A stretch of 34,930 nt of DNA from an uncultured Methylotenera sp. (GTDB lineage Bacteria; Pseudomonadota; Gammaproteobacteria; Burkholderiales; Methylophilaceae), in NCBI GenBank assembly GCA_964464725.1, contig CAYXHH010000002.1, forward strand, positions 12,310 through 47,239, written 5' to 3'. How positions within the stretch are numbered: the stretch's first letter is position 1; every line of letters begins with the position of its first letter. The position numbers were made by a program, and so were the translations under genes. Below are positions 18,132 through 28,532 of this stretch, in pieces. Below the pieces are notes generated by a model. The model was not told the origin of the DNA and did not search any database. It worked only from the letters and a program-made list of their open reading frames with translations.

Positions 18132-18427
18132 GCTCACATTCTAGTGGTTTCAGTTGTCTCAACAATCCTCCATATGGGGGATAAGTCTAGATATTTCATC
18201 ATCACTACGACATATATAAAGTTGAGCAGGCGGTAATCTAGGGCAGATTTAGAGTAGTTTTTTTATCTATTTTTAGCGGTTATTGAATTCAATCACATAA
18301 ATAATAACGCTAATATTTTACATTCATTAACAATTTTAACTTAATGATTATAAAGGATAAATTTTTTAATAAATTTTGATATTTTTAAGCTAAGTCTTTG
18401 TCTTGTAAAGAAAAAAACTAAAAGTGC

Positions 18428-18456
18428 TTGCAAAGCACTTTTTTTTTATCTATAGT
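18428..18456 (+). promoter_or_regulatory. sigma70 promoter of the dcw cluster (Pmra)
   Basis: TTGCAA (18428-18433), 17 nt, TATAGT (18451-18456), about 110 bp upstream of mraZ. Confidence 0.8.
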
Positions 18457-18464
18457 ACACTTTA

Positions 18465-18490
18465 GTGGTGAAAAGTGGAGTTTTGTGGAG
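18465..18490 (+). promoter_or_regulatory. MraZ autorepressor binding repeats
   Basis: GTGGTG-AAAA-GTGGAG-TTTT-GTGGAG, three GTGG boxes with exact 10-bp period just downstream of the promoter, matching the known MraZ operator layout. Confidence 0.85.
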
Positions 18491-18564
18491 AAATTTTAAT
18501 TTTTGACTCGTTGCAAAATTTCTCACGTTTTCACCTTAGGGGATTATAAGGCTTTTATAAAAAC

Positions 18565-19011
18565 ATGTTTAGCGGTGCTACAAATTTAAGTTTGGATGTG
18601 AAAGGCAGGTTGGCTGTACCTGCGAAACATCGAGATGCGCTAATTACGCAAAGTGCGGGCAATATTGTCTTAACTGCGCATCCGCATGGCTGTCTATTGT
18701 TATACCCACAACCCGCATGGGAACCTATTGAGTCAAAGCTGACTAGCTTATCGAGCTTCAATCCACAAACGAGCGCAATCAAACGCATGATAGTTGGTCA
18801 AGCTGACCATTTGGAGTTGGATGCAACTGGGCGGCTTTTAGTGAATCCGGTGCTTCGTAAATTTGCCAAGCTGGATAAAGAAGTGATGTTTGTAGGGCAA
18901 GGTAGTCATTTTGAATTGTGGGATATAGAGGCTTGGAATGCCCAGCTGGCTATATTGATGGGAGAAGGCAATTTGGAGCTACCAGCTGAGTTAGAAGGTT
19001 TTTCACTATGA
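18565..19011 (+). CDS. mraZ: Division/cell wall cluster transcriptional repressor MraZ
   Basis: Two DxxGR motifs ([18 protein letters not shown]), LLLYP and GQGSHFELW. Confidence 0.97.
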   Translation: MFSGATNLSLDVKGRLAVPAKHRDALITQSAGNIVLTAHPHGCLLLYPQPAWEPIESKLTSLSSFNPQTSAIKRMIVGQADHLELDATGRLLVNPVLRKFAKLDKEVMFVGQGSHFELWDIEAWNAQLAILMGEGNLELPAELEGFSL

Positions 19012-20024
19012 TGACGGGCGCAACTTCGGCGCCCAAACTAAGCACCATGTCGGCCTCGGCATCTTTATCGGATATGTCTTTAACTCAAAATCTTAGTACA
19101 TCGCATCTCACGGTTTTATTAAATGAGGCTGTAGACGCGCTCAGTATTAAGCCTAGTGGCGTATATATCGATGGCACATTTGGGCGTGGCGGACACAGCA
19201 AAAAAATACTATCTAAGTTAGACCAGTCGGGCCGCTTGTTTGCGATGGATAGAGATTTAGCGGCGATAGAAGAAGGCAAAAAGATTGTGGATGCAAGATT
19301 CAGCATTGAGCATCGACATTTTTCCGAAATTAGTGAGTTGGCGACTTGCCATCACTTGACGCAGATTGATGGCATCTTGTTGGATTTGGGTATTTCTTCA
19401 CCACAAATTGATGAAGGTGAACGAGGTTTTAGTTTTAGATTTGATGGTCCACTTGATATGCGTATGGACCAGACGCGTGGCAAAACAGCCGCAGAGCTGT
19501 TGGCTACTATTTCAGAGCAACAATTAGGAGAGGTAATAAAACATTATGGTGAAGAACGGTTTGCTAAGCAGGTTGCAAGGGCGATTATTAAGGAGCGCAC
19601 AGACGGGCGCGCCATCACCACTACAGGACAGCTTGCCAAGGTCGTGGCAAGTGCAATCCCCAAGGTCGAGCCGGGGCAGAACCCTGCAACGCGTACCTTT
19701 CAAGCTTTACGGATTTACGTCAATCAGGAGCTTGAGGAGCTATCGCTAATACTGCCCAAATGCCTTGATTTGCTTGGTGCTGGTGGAAGGTTGGTTGTCA
19801 TAAGCTTCCATTCATTAGAAGATCGAATGGTGAAACGATTTATTAGTAGTGAAGAGAATCGTGATGATTTACCTGCAAACTTTCCAATCAAAGCAAAAGA
19901 TTTGCCGCAACCGCGTTTAAAAATGGTTGGTAAACCGATTAAGCCTAGCGCAGCAGAAATCAAGTTAAATGTAAGAGCAAGAAGTGCAGTCATGCGTGTA
20001 GCAGAAAGAACGACAGTAAGATGA
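19008..20024 (+). CDS. rsmH: 16S rRNA C1402 N4-methyltransferase
   Basis: [31 protein letters not shown] and [13 protein letters not shown] overlap with mraZ, but the start could be a downstream Met. Confidence 0.97.
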   Translation: MMTGATSAPKLSTMSASASLSDMSLTQNLSTSHLTVLLNEAVDALSIKPSGVYIDGTFGRGGHSKKILSKLDQSGRLFAMDRDLAAIEEGKKIVDARFSIEHRHFSEISELATCHHLTQIDGILLDLGISSPQIDEGERGFSFRFDGPLDMRMDQTRGKTAAELLATISEQQLGEVIKHYGEERFAKQVARAIIKERTDGRAITTTGQLAKVVASAIPKVEPGQNPATRTFQALRIYVNQELEELSLILPKCLDLLGAGGRLVVISFHSLEDRMVKRFISSEENRDDLPANFPIKAKDLPQPRLKMVGKPIKPSAAEIKLNVRARSAVMRVAERTTVR

Positions 20025-20296
20025 CGCGCCTAAATTTAACCTTGTTTTTTGTGTTAATTGCTGTTGCCTTGGGCGTGGTGACCTCTCAACACAAAGCGCG
20101 CAAGTTGTATTTTGAGTTAGAGCAATTGCAAAATTTGGCTAAAAGGTATGACACGGAATATGGCCAATTACAGTTAGAGCAAAGCACTTGGGCGATGCAC
20201 TCAAAAGTTGAAGAATTCGCGACAAAAAAATTACAAATGCAAGTGCCAGATGCAAAACGCATTCAGGTAATTTCGCTAGAAGATATGACCCAATAA
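20021..20296 (+). CDS. ftsL: Cell division protein FtsL
   Basis: Single TM segment plus leucine-rich coiled coil (QLQLEQSTW), between rsmH and ftsI. Confidence 0.93.
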   Translation: MTRLNLTLFFVLIAVALGVVTSQHKARKLYFELEQLQNLAKRYDTEYGQLQLEQSTWAMHSKVEEFATKKLQMQVPDAKRIQVISLEDMTQ

Positions 20297-20298
20297 AA

Positions 20299-22035
20299 AT
20301 GGCTTACGATAAAACACGTCATTATGTAGTTAAGTTACCTGCTTGGCGTAGGCGAGTGTTGCTGATTGGATTGTTGGCACTGTTTGGCGGGCTATTAGCA
20401 CGTGGCATCTATTTACAAAGCTTACACAAAGAGTTTTTGCAGAAAAAAGGCGATGCAAGATACAGCCGTTCATTGGTCTTGCAGGCGCATCGTGGCAAGA
20501 TTACCGACAGAAATGGGGAGTTGCTTGCGATTAGTAGCCCAGTTGAGTCGGTATGGGTAAGCCCTCCAGATATCAAAATGGACAAACCTCAAAAAGTCGC
20601 ATTGGCTAAGCTGTTAAAAATAAAAACAACTGAAATTGATAAAAAGATTGCAAACCGGGAGCGTGAGTTTGTTTATTTAAAACGCCGTATCTCTCCAGAT
20701 CTTGCAGCACAAGTCATGAGCTTAAAAATATCAGGTGTATTTCTGCAGCGTGAATATAAACGGTTTTATCCTGCGGGCGATGTGACTGCGCACTTAGTAG
20801 GATTTACGGGGATTGACGACAATGGTCAAGAAGGATTTGAGCTTGCAAAAAATAGTTTGCTTTCTGGAAAACCGGGTAGTCGTCGCGTCATTCAAGATAG
20901 GCAAGGCCATATTGTAGAAGATCTAGAAGCTGTCAAAGTCCCGCAAGATGGGCAAGATTTGGAGTTAAGTATTGACCGCCGATTGCAATATTTGGCGTTT
21001 AGAGAGCTCTCAAAAGCGGTAGAAAAGCACCATGCGAAAGCTGGTGCAGTCGTAATTTTAGATGCCAAGACTGGTGAAGTATTGGCGATGGTTAATCTGC
21101 CTACTTACAACCCTAATAATCCAATTAATATTAAAGGCAAGACGCGCAATCGCGCCATTACTGACATGTTTGAACCTGGGTCGACCATGAAAGCCATCAC
21201 GGCATCTGCTGCGATGCAGTTTGGAGACTTTACACCAGAGACCCAAATACAAACTGCACCGGGATCGATGACGATTGGACCTGCAACGATTCGTGACTCG
21301 CATGAACATGGCATTTTAACGGTATCGCAGGTGATACAAAAATCATCCAATGTAGGCTCATCAAAAATGGCGTTAAGCCTTAAAAAAGAAGAGTTATGGA
21401 GTACATTTAACCAACTAGGGTTTGGCTCTCGTGCAAACATCGGCTTTCCTGGAGAAGCTTCAGGTATTTTAAGGCCGTATAAAACTTGGCGACCAATTGA
21501 GCAGGCGACCATGTCTTACGGTCACGGCATTAGTGTCACATTATTGCAATTGGCACGTGCTTATACGGTATTTGCCAACGATGGTGAAATCAAGCCAGTA
21601 TCATTAACTAGGCTTAAAGAGCCGTCAGTGGGGCATCAAGTATTTTCTGCCAAAGTTGCCAATGATGTTAAAGCAATGCTAGAACTTGTGGTGCAACCTG
21701 GAGGAACAGCGCTGAGAGCGCAAGTAGCAGGTTATCGCGTGGGTGGTAAGACTGGAACAGCCCATAAAATTGGCCCAAATGGATATGAAGAAAATAAATA
21801 TGTCGCTTCGTTTGTGGGTTTGGCGCCAATCTCTAATCCACGCCTGATTATGGCAGTGATGATAGATGAGCCAGGCATTGAAAATGATCAATATTATGGC
21901 GGTGTGGCGGCTGCTCCAGTGTTTGCTGCTGTGATGGCCGATGCGCTTCGGATGTTGGCGGTACCGCAAGATTCTCCCAACACGAACATCGTGATTCCGC
22001 CAGAAAACACTGATGATGCTAAAGAGGTTGTATGA
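20299..22035 (+). CDS. ftsI: Peptidoglycan D,D-transpeptidase FtsI (PBP3)
   Basis: RGKITDRNG, RFYP, catalytic STMK, SSN and KTG motifs. Confidence 0.97.
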   Translation: MAYDKTRHYVVKLPAWRRRVLLIGLLALFGGLLARGIYLQSLHKEFLQKKGDARYSRSLVLQAHRGKITDRNGELLAISSPVESVWVSPPDIKMDKPQKVALAKLLKIKTTEIDKKIANREREFVYLKRRISPDLAAQVMSLKISGVFLQREYKRFYPAGDVTAHLVGFTGIDDNGQEGFELAKNSLLSGKPGSRRVIQDRQGHIVEDLEAVKVPQDGQDLELSIDRRLQYLAFRELSKAVEKHHAKAGAVVILDAKTGEVLAMVNLPTYNPNNPINIKGKTRNRAITDMFEPGSTMKAITASAAMQFGDFTPETQIQTAPGSMTIGPATIRDSHEHGILTVSQVIQKSSNVGSSKMALSLKKEELWSTFNQLGFGSRANIGFPGEASGILRPYKTWRPIEQATMSYGHGISVTLLQLARAYTVFANDGEIKPVSLTRLKEPSVGHQVFSAKVANDVKAMLELVVQPGGTALRAQVAGYRVGGKTGTAHKIGPNGYEENKYVASFVGLAPISNPRLIMAVMIDEPGIENDQYYGGVAAAPVFAAVMADALRMLAVPQDSPNTNIVIPPENTDDAKEVV

Positions 22036-23462
22036 GTAAATATACCATTCAATCTCGCATCACAAACATCACATCCGATAGCCGCAAGGTGGGCGAAAAT
22101 AGCTTATTTTTGGCCTATCCAGGTGAAAGTTCAGATGGTCGAGATTACATAGAAGATGCAATCAAAAAAGGCGCAAGCGCAGTTTTGTGGGATTCTGAAA
22201 ACTACTTTTGGAATCCAGAGTGGCAGGTAGAAAACATCCCTATTAAAAAATTACGCTTACAAGCCGGATTTGTGGCGAGTCAATTTTATAAAAATCCGTC
22301 GCATAAGCTATGGATGATAGGTGTAACTGGTACAAATGGTAAAACCTCCATCACACAATGGTTGGCAGCATGTTTGAATCATCTTAATAGAAAAACTGCA
22401 GTGATCGGCACCTTGGGAAATGGATTGCCAAACCAGTTAAGCCCAACCATGAATACAACGCCAGATGCCATACTACTGCAAGACATGTTGGCTACATATC
22501 TTAGTGAAGAAGCCGAGTGTGTTGCGATGGAGGTGTCTTCACATGGCTTAAGTCAAGGACGTGTAAACGGTGTGAATTTTGACGTAGCAGTATTAAGTAA
22601 CTTAACGCAAGATCACCTTGATTATCATGGCACTTTTGAAGCATATGCAGATGCCAAACGCAGTCTGTTTATGAAAGAGAACTTGAAGTTCGCAGTATTG
22701 AATGCGGATGACCCCTTTGGAATAGAGCTTGAAAAGTCGTTGATTGGAACAAAAACAGAGGTGCTGACCTACGGCATCGAATCTGGCCAAGTGAAAGCGG
22801 TTGATGTGCGTTTAGAAGATGCCAATTTGGTATTTTATGCAGAAACGCCCTATGGTAATGCACCAGTTAAAGCTAATTTGGTTGGTCGTTTTAATGTCTA
22901 TAATGTCTTGGCGGTATTGGCAACTTTATTAGTATCAAAAGTCAGTATCGATAATGCTGTAGAGGCGATATCGCATATTCAATCTGTCAAGGGTCGTATG
23001 CAGCAATTGGGAGGCGGTAAAGCGCCGCTGGTGGTCATCGATTATGCGCATACGCCAGATGCATTAGAGAAGGTGCTCACTACATTAAAAGCGCAAGCCA
23101 CCGGAAAAGTGATTTGCATTTTTGGTTGTGGCGGTGATCGCGATAAAAGCAAACGCATACTCATGGGTAAGATTGCAAGTGAACTTGCAAATGCAGTGGT
23201 AGTGACTTCTGATAATCCTCGTACGGAAGACCCTCAAAAAATAATTGCTGAGATTGCCGAGGGCTTGCATGGCAATTTCGCCATAGAAGAAGATCGTGCA
23301 AAAGCAATATCAGTCGGTATTTTCTCTGCAAAACCAGGAGATATTGTGTTAATTGCTGGTAAAGGGCATGAGGAGTATCAAGAAGTGAACGGTAAGAAAT
23401 ATCCATTCAGTGATTTAGAAGAAGCAAAAGAAGTGCTGAAAATTTATGGTGGTAATTTCTAA
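22032..23462 (+). CDS. murE: UDP-MurNAc-tripeptide synthetase (meso-DAP adding)
   Basis: GVTGTNGKT, MEVSSH, DHLDYH, DYAHTPD, DAP-specific DNPR and AGKGHE. Confidence 0.97.
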   Translation: MSKYTIQSRITNITSDSRKVGENSLFLAYPGESSDGRDYIEDAIKKGASAVLWDSENYFWNPEWQVENIPIKKLRLQAGFVASQFYKNPSHKLWMIGVTGTNGKTSITQWLAACLNHLNRKTAVIGTLGNGLPNQLSPTMNTTPDAILLQDMLATYLSEEAECVAMEVSSHGLSQGRVNGVNFDVAVLSNLTQDHLDYHGTFEAYADAKRSLFMKENLKFAVLNADDPFGIELEKSLIGTKTEVLTYGIESGQVKAVDVRLEDANLVFYAETPYGNAPVKANLVGRFNVYNVLAVLATLLVSKVSIDNAVEAISHIQSVKGRMQQLGGGKAPLVVIDYAHTPDALEKVLTTLKAQATGKVICIFGCGGDRDKSKRILMGKIASELANAVVVTSDNPRTEDPQKIIAEIAEGLHGNFAIEEDRAKAISVGIFSAKPGDIVLIAGKGHEEYQEVNGKKYPFSDLEEAKEVLKIYGGNF

Positions 23463-23484
23463 TGATTAGCCTAAAGGATGTCAC

Positions 23485-24849
23485 ATGATAATGCTTTCAG
23501 AAATTGCGCAAGCAGTAGGTGGACGCATGCAAGGCGCGGATGTGCTTTGTAGTAGCATTGGTTCTGATAGTAGGAATATTGTTAAAAATCAATTGTTTGT
23601 TGCTATTAAAGGTGAACGTTTTGATGGTAATGCCTTTGCGGAAGAGGCGATTAAACAGGGCGCAGCAGCCGTATTAATCTCGGATCAACACGCCAATGTG
23701 TGTCCCGCAGTTAAGGTGACAGACACAAGATTGGCATTGGGGAATTTGGCAAAATATTGGCGTCAACAATTTGATATACCGCTGATTGCAGTGACAGGTA
23801 GTAACGGAAAAACAACTGTAAAAGAAATGATAGCCGCAATTTTGATTGTCGCACGAGGTAGTGTTCTGGCAACCAAAGGCAACCTTAATAACGATATCGG
23901 TATGCCGCTAACTTTGTTAAAAATTCGTCAAGAGCATACGGTCGCTGTCATAGAGATGGGCATGAACCATGAAGGTGAGATTAGATACTTAACTCGAATT
24001 GCACAGCCAAATATTGCACTGATTAACAACGCAGGCACAGCGCATATTGGCGAGCTAGGTTCGCGAGAAGCAATTGCACGCGCAAAAGGCGAGATTTTTG
24101 AGGGTTTAGTTGAAGGTGGAATCGCGATTATTAATGCAGATAATGATTTTGCAAACTATTGGAAATCGTTAAATACAAACAAAAACAGAAAAATGATTAC
24201 CTTTGGTTTGAATAACCAAGCTGACATTACCGCAACTTATGAACTTAACGGTAATTTAACTCAGTTAAATCTTACAACTCCATCAGGCAGCATTACTTTT
24301 AAATTAAGTGTATTGGGCGTGCACAATGTTCAAAATGCACTCGCTGCAAGTGCTGCTTGTTTTGCGCTAGGTGTTTCTAATGAGGACATCGCAAAAGGAC
24401 TGGCAGTGTTTGGTGCCGTAGAAGGTCGTTTAAATTGGCTACCGACTGCCAGCGGTGCGGTCATCATTGATGATACCTACAATGCAAACCCAGATTCCAT
24501 GAAGGCCGCAATTGATGTGTTGGCAAGTCAAGCCACCACAAAAATTTTCGTGATGGGAGATATGGCTGAATTAGGTGCAGATGCGCCAACAATGCATGCG
24601 GAGATTGGTGCTTATGCTAAGCAAAAGGGCATTACAAATTTGCTTGCAATTGGGCAGTTAAGTAGTCATGCAGTCAAAGCGTTTGGTGAAAATGCACAAC
24701 ACTATACGCAATTAGAAACATTGGTAAAAAGTTTAAAACTACTGTTAGACAAAAACACGACAGTACTGGTTAAGGGTTCACGTTTTATGCAAATGGAGCA
24801 AGTGGTGAATCAAGTATTAGAACAAAATAATAGTCAAGGGGAAAAGTAA
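23485..24849 (+). CDS. murF: UDP-MurNAc-tripeptide:D-Ala-D-Ala ligase
   Basis: [32 protein letters not shown] and VKGSR. Confidence 0.97.
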   Translation: MIMLSEIAQAVGGRMQGADVLCSSIGSDSRNIVKNQLFVAIKGERFDGNAFAEEAIKQGAAAVLISDQHANVCPAVKVTDTRLALGNLAKYWRQQFDIPLIAVTGSNGKTTVKEMIAAILIVARGSVLATKGNLNNDIGMPLTLLKIRQEHTVAVIEMGMNHEGEIRYLTRIAQPNIALINNAGTAHIGELGSREAIARAKGEIFEGLVEGGIAIINADNDFANYWKSLNTNKNRKMITFGLNNQADITATYELNGNLTQLNLTTPSGSITFKLSVLGVHNVQNALAASAACFALGVSNEDIAKGLAVFGAVEGRLNWLPTASGAVIIDDTYNANPDSMKAAIDVLASQATTKIFVMGDMAELGADAPTMHAEIGAYAKQKGITNLLAIGQLSSHAVKAFGENAQHYTQLETLVKSLKLLLDKNTTVLVKGSRFMQMEQVVNQVLEQNNSQGEK

Positions 24850-25952
24850 TGCTGTTAGAGCTCGCTCGCTATTTAGCACATGATATTCGTGGTTTTAACG
24901 TGTTTAATTATATTACCCTGCGGGCGGTGCTAGCCACGCTTACAGCGCTGGTCATTTCGTTTATGGTCGGTCCTAAAATGATTCGCAAGCTAACGGAATA
25001 TAAGGTAGGCCAATCAGTTCGGGATGATGGGCCACAAACACACTTAATTAAAGCGGGTACGCCAACGATGGGCGGTGCGCTGATTTTAGTTGCTATCTCA
25101 ATTGCCACATTATTGTGGGGTGATTTGCATAATAAGTACATTTGGGTAGTGCTATTCACCACGCTTGGATTTGGCGCAATCGGCTGGGTAGATGATTACC
25201 GTAAAGTGGTTTATAAAAACCCTAAAGGCTTATCAGCAAAAGCTAAATATTTCTGGCAAAGTGTCATTGGATTAAGCGTAGCGATATTTTTATATCAGAC
25301 ATCAAGTAGCGCGACTGAAACAACACTGATATTTCCATTCTTTAAAAATTTAGCATTACCTTTAGGGGTGGTTGGATTTATTCTACTTAGCTATTTAGTT
25401 ATCGTGGGTAGTAGCAATGCGGTTAACTTGACAGATGGCCTCGATGGTTTGGCGGTATTGCCAACCGTAATGGTGGGCGCTGCCCTAGCAATTTTTGCTT
25501 ATGTGGCAGGGCATATATATTTTTCAAAGTACTTGGGTATACCTTACGTGCCAGGCGCAGGTGAGCTCATGGTGTTTTGTGCCGCTATGGCAGGCGCAGG
25601 CTTGGGATTTTTATGGTTTAACGCATATCCAGCAGAAGTGTTTATGGGCGATGTCGGTGCATTGGCGCTAGGTGCTGCTCTAGGTGTAGTTGCTGTGATA
25701 GTGCGACAAGAAATTGTGCTGTTTATTATGGGTGGCGTCTTTGTGGTGGAAACATTTTCAGTTGCATTACAAGTGCTGTATTTCAAATATACCAAGAACA
25801 AAACTGGCACTGGGAAACGCATTTTTTTGATGGCGCCTTTACATCACCATTATGAGCAAAAAGGCTGGAAAGAAACGCAAGTGGTGGTGCGATTTTGGAT
25901 TATTACCATGATGTTGGTCTTGGTAGGGCTCTCAACATTAAAACTCAGATAA
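24849..25952 (+). CDS. mraY: Phospho-MurNAc-pentapeptide transferase
   Basis: [30 protein letters not shown] and APLHHHYE. Confidence 0.98.
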   Translation: MLLELARYLAHDIRGFNVFNYITLRAVLATLTALVISFMVGPKMIRKLTEYKVGQSVRDDGPQTHLIKAGTPTMGGALILVAISIATLLWGDLHNKYIWVVLFTTLGFGAIGWVDDYRKVVYKNPKGLSAKAKYFWQSVIGLSVAIFLYQTSSSATETTLIFPFFKNLALPLGVVGFILLSYLVIVGSSNAVNLTDGLDGLAVLPTVMVGAALAIFAYVAGHIYFSKYLGIPYVPGAGELMVFCAAMAGAGLGFLWFNAYPAEVFMGDVGALALGAALGVVAVIVRQEIVLFIMGGVFVVETFSVALQVLYFKYTKNKTGTGKRIFLMAPLHHHYEQKGWKETQVVVRFWIITMMLVLVGLSTLKLR

Positions 25953-25971
25953 ATAACTAGATTAATCATAG

Positions 25972-27372
25972 ATGAAGCTTGAGCTAAAAAATAAACGCGT
26001 GTTAGTACTGGGTCTAGGTGAAACAGGACTCTCTGCTTTGCGCTGGCTAGAAAAACAAGGTGCGATATTGTCTGTGGCCGATTCACGAGATAACCCGCCC
26101 AATGTGGATGGGTTAGCCAGAACCATGCCTAATTTAGCAATCTACACTGGGAAGTTTAAGCAAGCGGTATTGCTAGATGCTGAAGTGATTGTCATTAGCC
26201 CAGGCGTGCCATTGGCTGAGCCAGCTGTTCAAGCGGCGATTGCAAGAGGAATTCCAGTGCTTGGCGACGTTGAATTATTTGCGCAATATCGTCTAAAAAA
26301 TACAAAAGTGATTGGTATTACTGGTTCGAATGGCAAAACGACCGTCACAAGCCTCGTAGGCGAAATCTGTAAACAGGCTGGATTGAGAACTATCGTGGCA
26401 GGGAATATTGGTTTGCCAGTATTAGATGCGCTACAAATGGAAATTCCCGATATCTATGTATTGGAGCTCTCTAGCTTTCAGTTAGAGACCACTAGCAGCT
26501 TAACGCTTGATGCTGCAACCGTATTAAATGTGACAGAAGATCATATGGATCGATACGAAACATTCAAAGATTACGCTAATGCAAAGTCACGTATTCTTGC
26601 GCATACAAAAGTAGCGATATTGAATCGCGATGATGCAACTACATTAGCGATGAAGCACGACAGTACGTCATCTAGGGGTACTTATACATTTGGTTTAAAT
26701 GAGGCCACTACAGCGAATGATTTCGGATTGGTGACGATTGAAGGTTCACAATATCTAGCACATGGTCAGCGTAAATTATGTAAATCAAGTGAGCTGAAAA
26801 TCAGCGGGCAACATAACGTCGCCAATGCACTTGCAGCGGCCGCATTGTGTGCCGCTGTTGGTATCGAAAAAGAGGCTATCGTATCAACATTGCAAACCTT
26901 TAAGGGTTTGCCACATAGAGTAGAGTGGGTCGCAAATATCGATAACGTAGATTATTATGATGATTCAAAAGGCACCAATGTTGGGGCAACATGCGCTGCA
27001 ATTTTTGGCATGACCAAAAATGATATGCCTCAAAAAGTAGTGTTACTTGCTGGTGGGGACGGCAAAGGTCAAGATTTTTCACCTCTGGCAGAAGCAGTAA
27101 AAGCGAATTCTCGTGCCGTGGTGCTATATGGACGTGATGCAGCACTGATTGAGTCTGTTTTATTAAATACTAATATTCCAATTTACCAAGCCCATGATTT
27201 ACCAGAGGCAGTCAATATTGCCAAAAAAATAGCGTTAAGTGGTGATGCTGTATTGTTATCTCCTGCTTGTGCAAGCTTCGATATGTTTAAAAATTATGTA
27301 CACCGTGCAGAGGTGTTTATCGAAGCTGTTAAACAGTTGGAAATAGAAAGTCAAAAGGTGGCCACATGTTAG
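25972..27372 (+). CDS. murD: UDP-MurNAc-L-Ala:D-Glu ligase
   Basis: [27 protein letters not shown] and [10 protein letters not shown]. Confidence 0.97.
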   Translation: MKLELKNKRVLVLGLGETGLSALRWLEKQGAILSVADSRDNPPNVDGLARTMPNLAIYTGKFKQAVLLDAEVIVISPGVPLAEPAVQAAIARGIPVLGDVELFAQYRLKNTKVIGITGSNGKTTVTSLVGEICKQAGLRTIVAGNIGLPVLDALQMEIPDIYVLELSSFQLETTSSLTLDAATVLNVTEDHMDRYETFKDYANAKSRILAHTKVAILNRDDATTLAMKHDSTSSRGTYTFGLNEATTANDFGLVTIEGSQYLAHGQRKLCKSSELKISGQHNVANALAAAALCAAVGIEKEAIVSTLQTFKGLPHRVEWVANIDNVDYYDDSKGTNVGATCAAIFGMTKNDMPQKVVLLAGGDGKGQDFSPLAEAVKANSRAVVLYGRDAALIESVLLNTNIPIYQAHDLPEAVNIAKKIALSGDAVLLSPACASFDMFKNYVHRAEVFIEAVKQLEIESQKVATC

Positions 27373-28532
27373 CCCCTGTCATGAATAGCCGTGAACGTAT
27401 CAATGCAGCTAGCTATGACCAAATGCTATTGTGGGTAACATTTATCTTGTTAGGGCTGGGGCTGGTGATGGTGTATTCAGCATCCATTGCAATTGCCGAA
27501 GCTGATAAAGCAGTGGGTCACCAAAGTACATATTATTTAATAAGACAAGCAATTTTTATCGTGATTGGGCTTGTTGCAGGATTTATTACATTTCAGATTC
27601 CAGTTGCATGGTGGCAAAAGTCAGCGCCCTATTTATTTCTATTTGGGTTAATTTTACTTGTTTTGGTACTCATCCCAGGGGTGGGGCGCAATGTAAATGG
27701 AAGTCAGCGCTGGCTTTCATTGGTGGTTATTAATTTGCAACCATCAGAGTTGGTAAAGTTATTCGCTGCGATGTACGTTGCTGATTATGCAGTTCGCAAA
27801 TCGCCGCAGATGGATAGTTTAGTAAAAGGTTTTCTACCTATGGTAGCTGTGATGGTGCTGGTAGGCTTTTTGCTGTTACGTGAACCTGACTTTGGAGCAT
27901 TTGCTGTGATTTCAGCAATCTCAATCTCCATACTCTGGTTAGGCGGAATTAATGCCAGAATTTTTGCGGCACTTATTGCTACATTGCCTGTAGCCATTTA
28001 TTTCTTAATCTGGAATTCTCCCTATCGTCTGCAGCGTGTGATTGGTTTTATGGACCCATGGGCAGACCCGTTCGGTAAAGGCTATCAGCTATCGCATGCC
28101 TTAATTGCATTTGGTCGAGGTGAGTGGTTAGGGGTTGGGCTAGGCGCAAGCGTAGAAAAATTACTCTATTTGCCAGAAGCGCATACTGATTTTTTACTTG
28201 CTGTAATTGCAGAAGAGCTAGGCTTTATAGGTGTGTTCACCGTACTAGGGCTGTTTGTCTGGATAGTCATTCGCGCTTTTGGTATTGGTAAAGAAGCAGT
28301 AGCAAATGAGCGATATTTTGCAGCCCTGCTAGCGCAGGGTTTGGGCGTTTGGATAGGTGTGCAAGGTGTAATTAATATCGGTGTAAATATGGGAGTGCTA
28401 CCCACAAAAGGTTTGACACTACCACTACTTTCATTTGGTGGTAGCGGCATTTTAGCGAATTGTATTGCAATGGCGGTGCTACTGAGAATTGATTATGAGA
28501 ACCGTCGGCTGCAGAAAGGGTTGCCAGCATGA
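27366..28532 (+). CDS. ftsW: SEDS peptidoglycan polymerase FtsW
   Basis: MVYSAS, RW...[17 protein letters not shown] and [13 protein letters not shown]. Confidence 0.97.
   Translation: MLAPVMNSRERINAASYDQMLLWVTFILLGLGLVMVYSASIAIAEADKAVGHQSTYYLIRQAIFIVIGLVAGFITFQIPVAWWQKSAPYLFLFGLILLVLVLIPGVGRNVNGSQRWLSLVVINLQPSELVKLFAAMYVADYAVRKSPQMDSLVKGFLPMVAVMVLVGFLLLREPDFGAFAVISAISISILWLGGINARIFAALIATLPVAIYFLIWNSPYRLQRVIGFMDPWADPFGKGYQLSHALIAFGRGEWLGVGLGASVEKLLYLPEAHTDFLLAVIAEELGFIGVFTVLGLFVWIVIRAFGIGKEAVANERYFAALLAQGLGVWIGVQGVINIGVNMGVLPTKGLTLPLLSFGGSGILANCIAMAVLLRIDYENRRLQKGLPA

Noticed and set aside
18080..18205. Tiny minus-strand ORFs (MNFSIKSIAISFKLIQ; MMMKYLDLSPIWRIVETTETTRM) as the transcript ending at the orphan terminator
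   Set aside because: No well-spaced SD and no recognisable features. They cannot be excluded without Ribo-seq, but nothing supports them.
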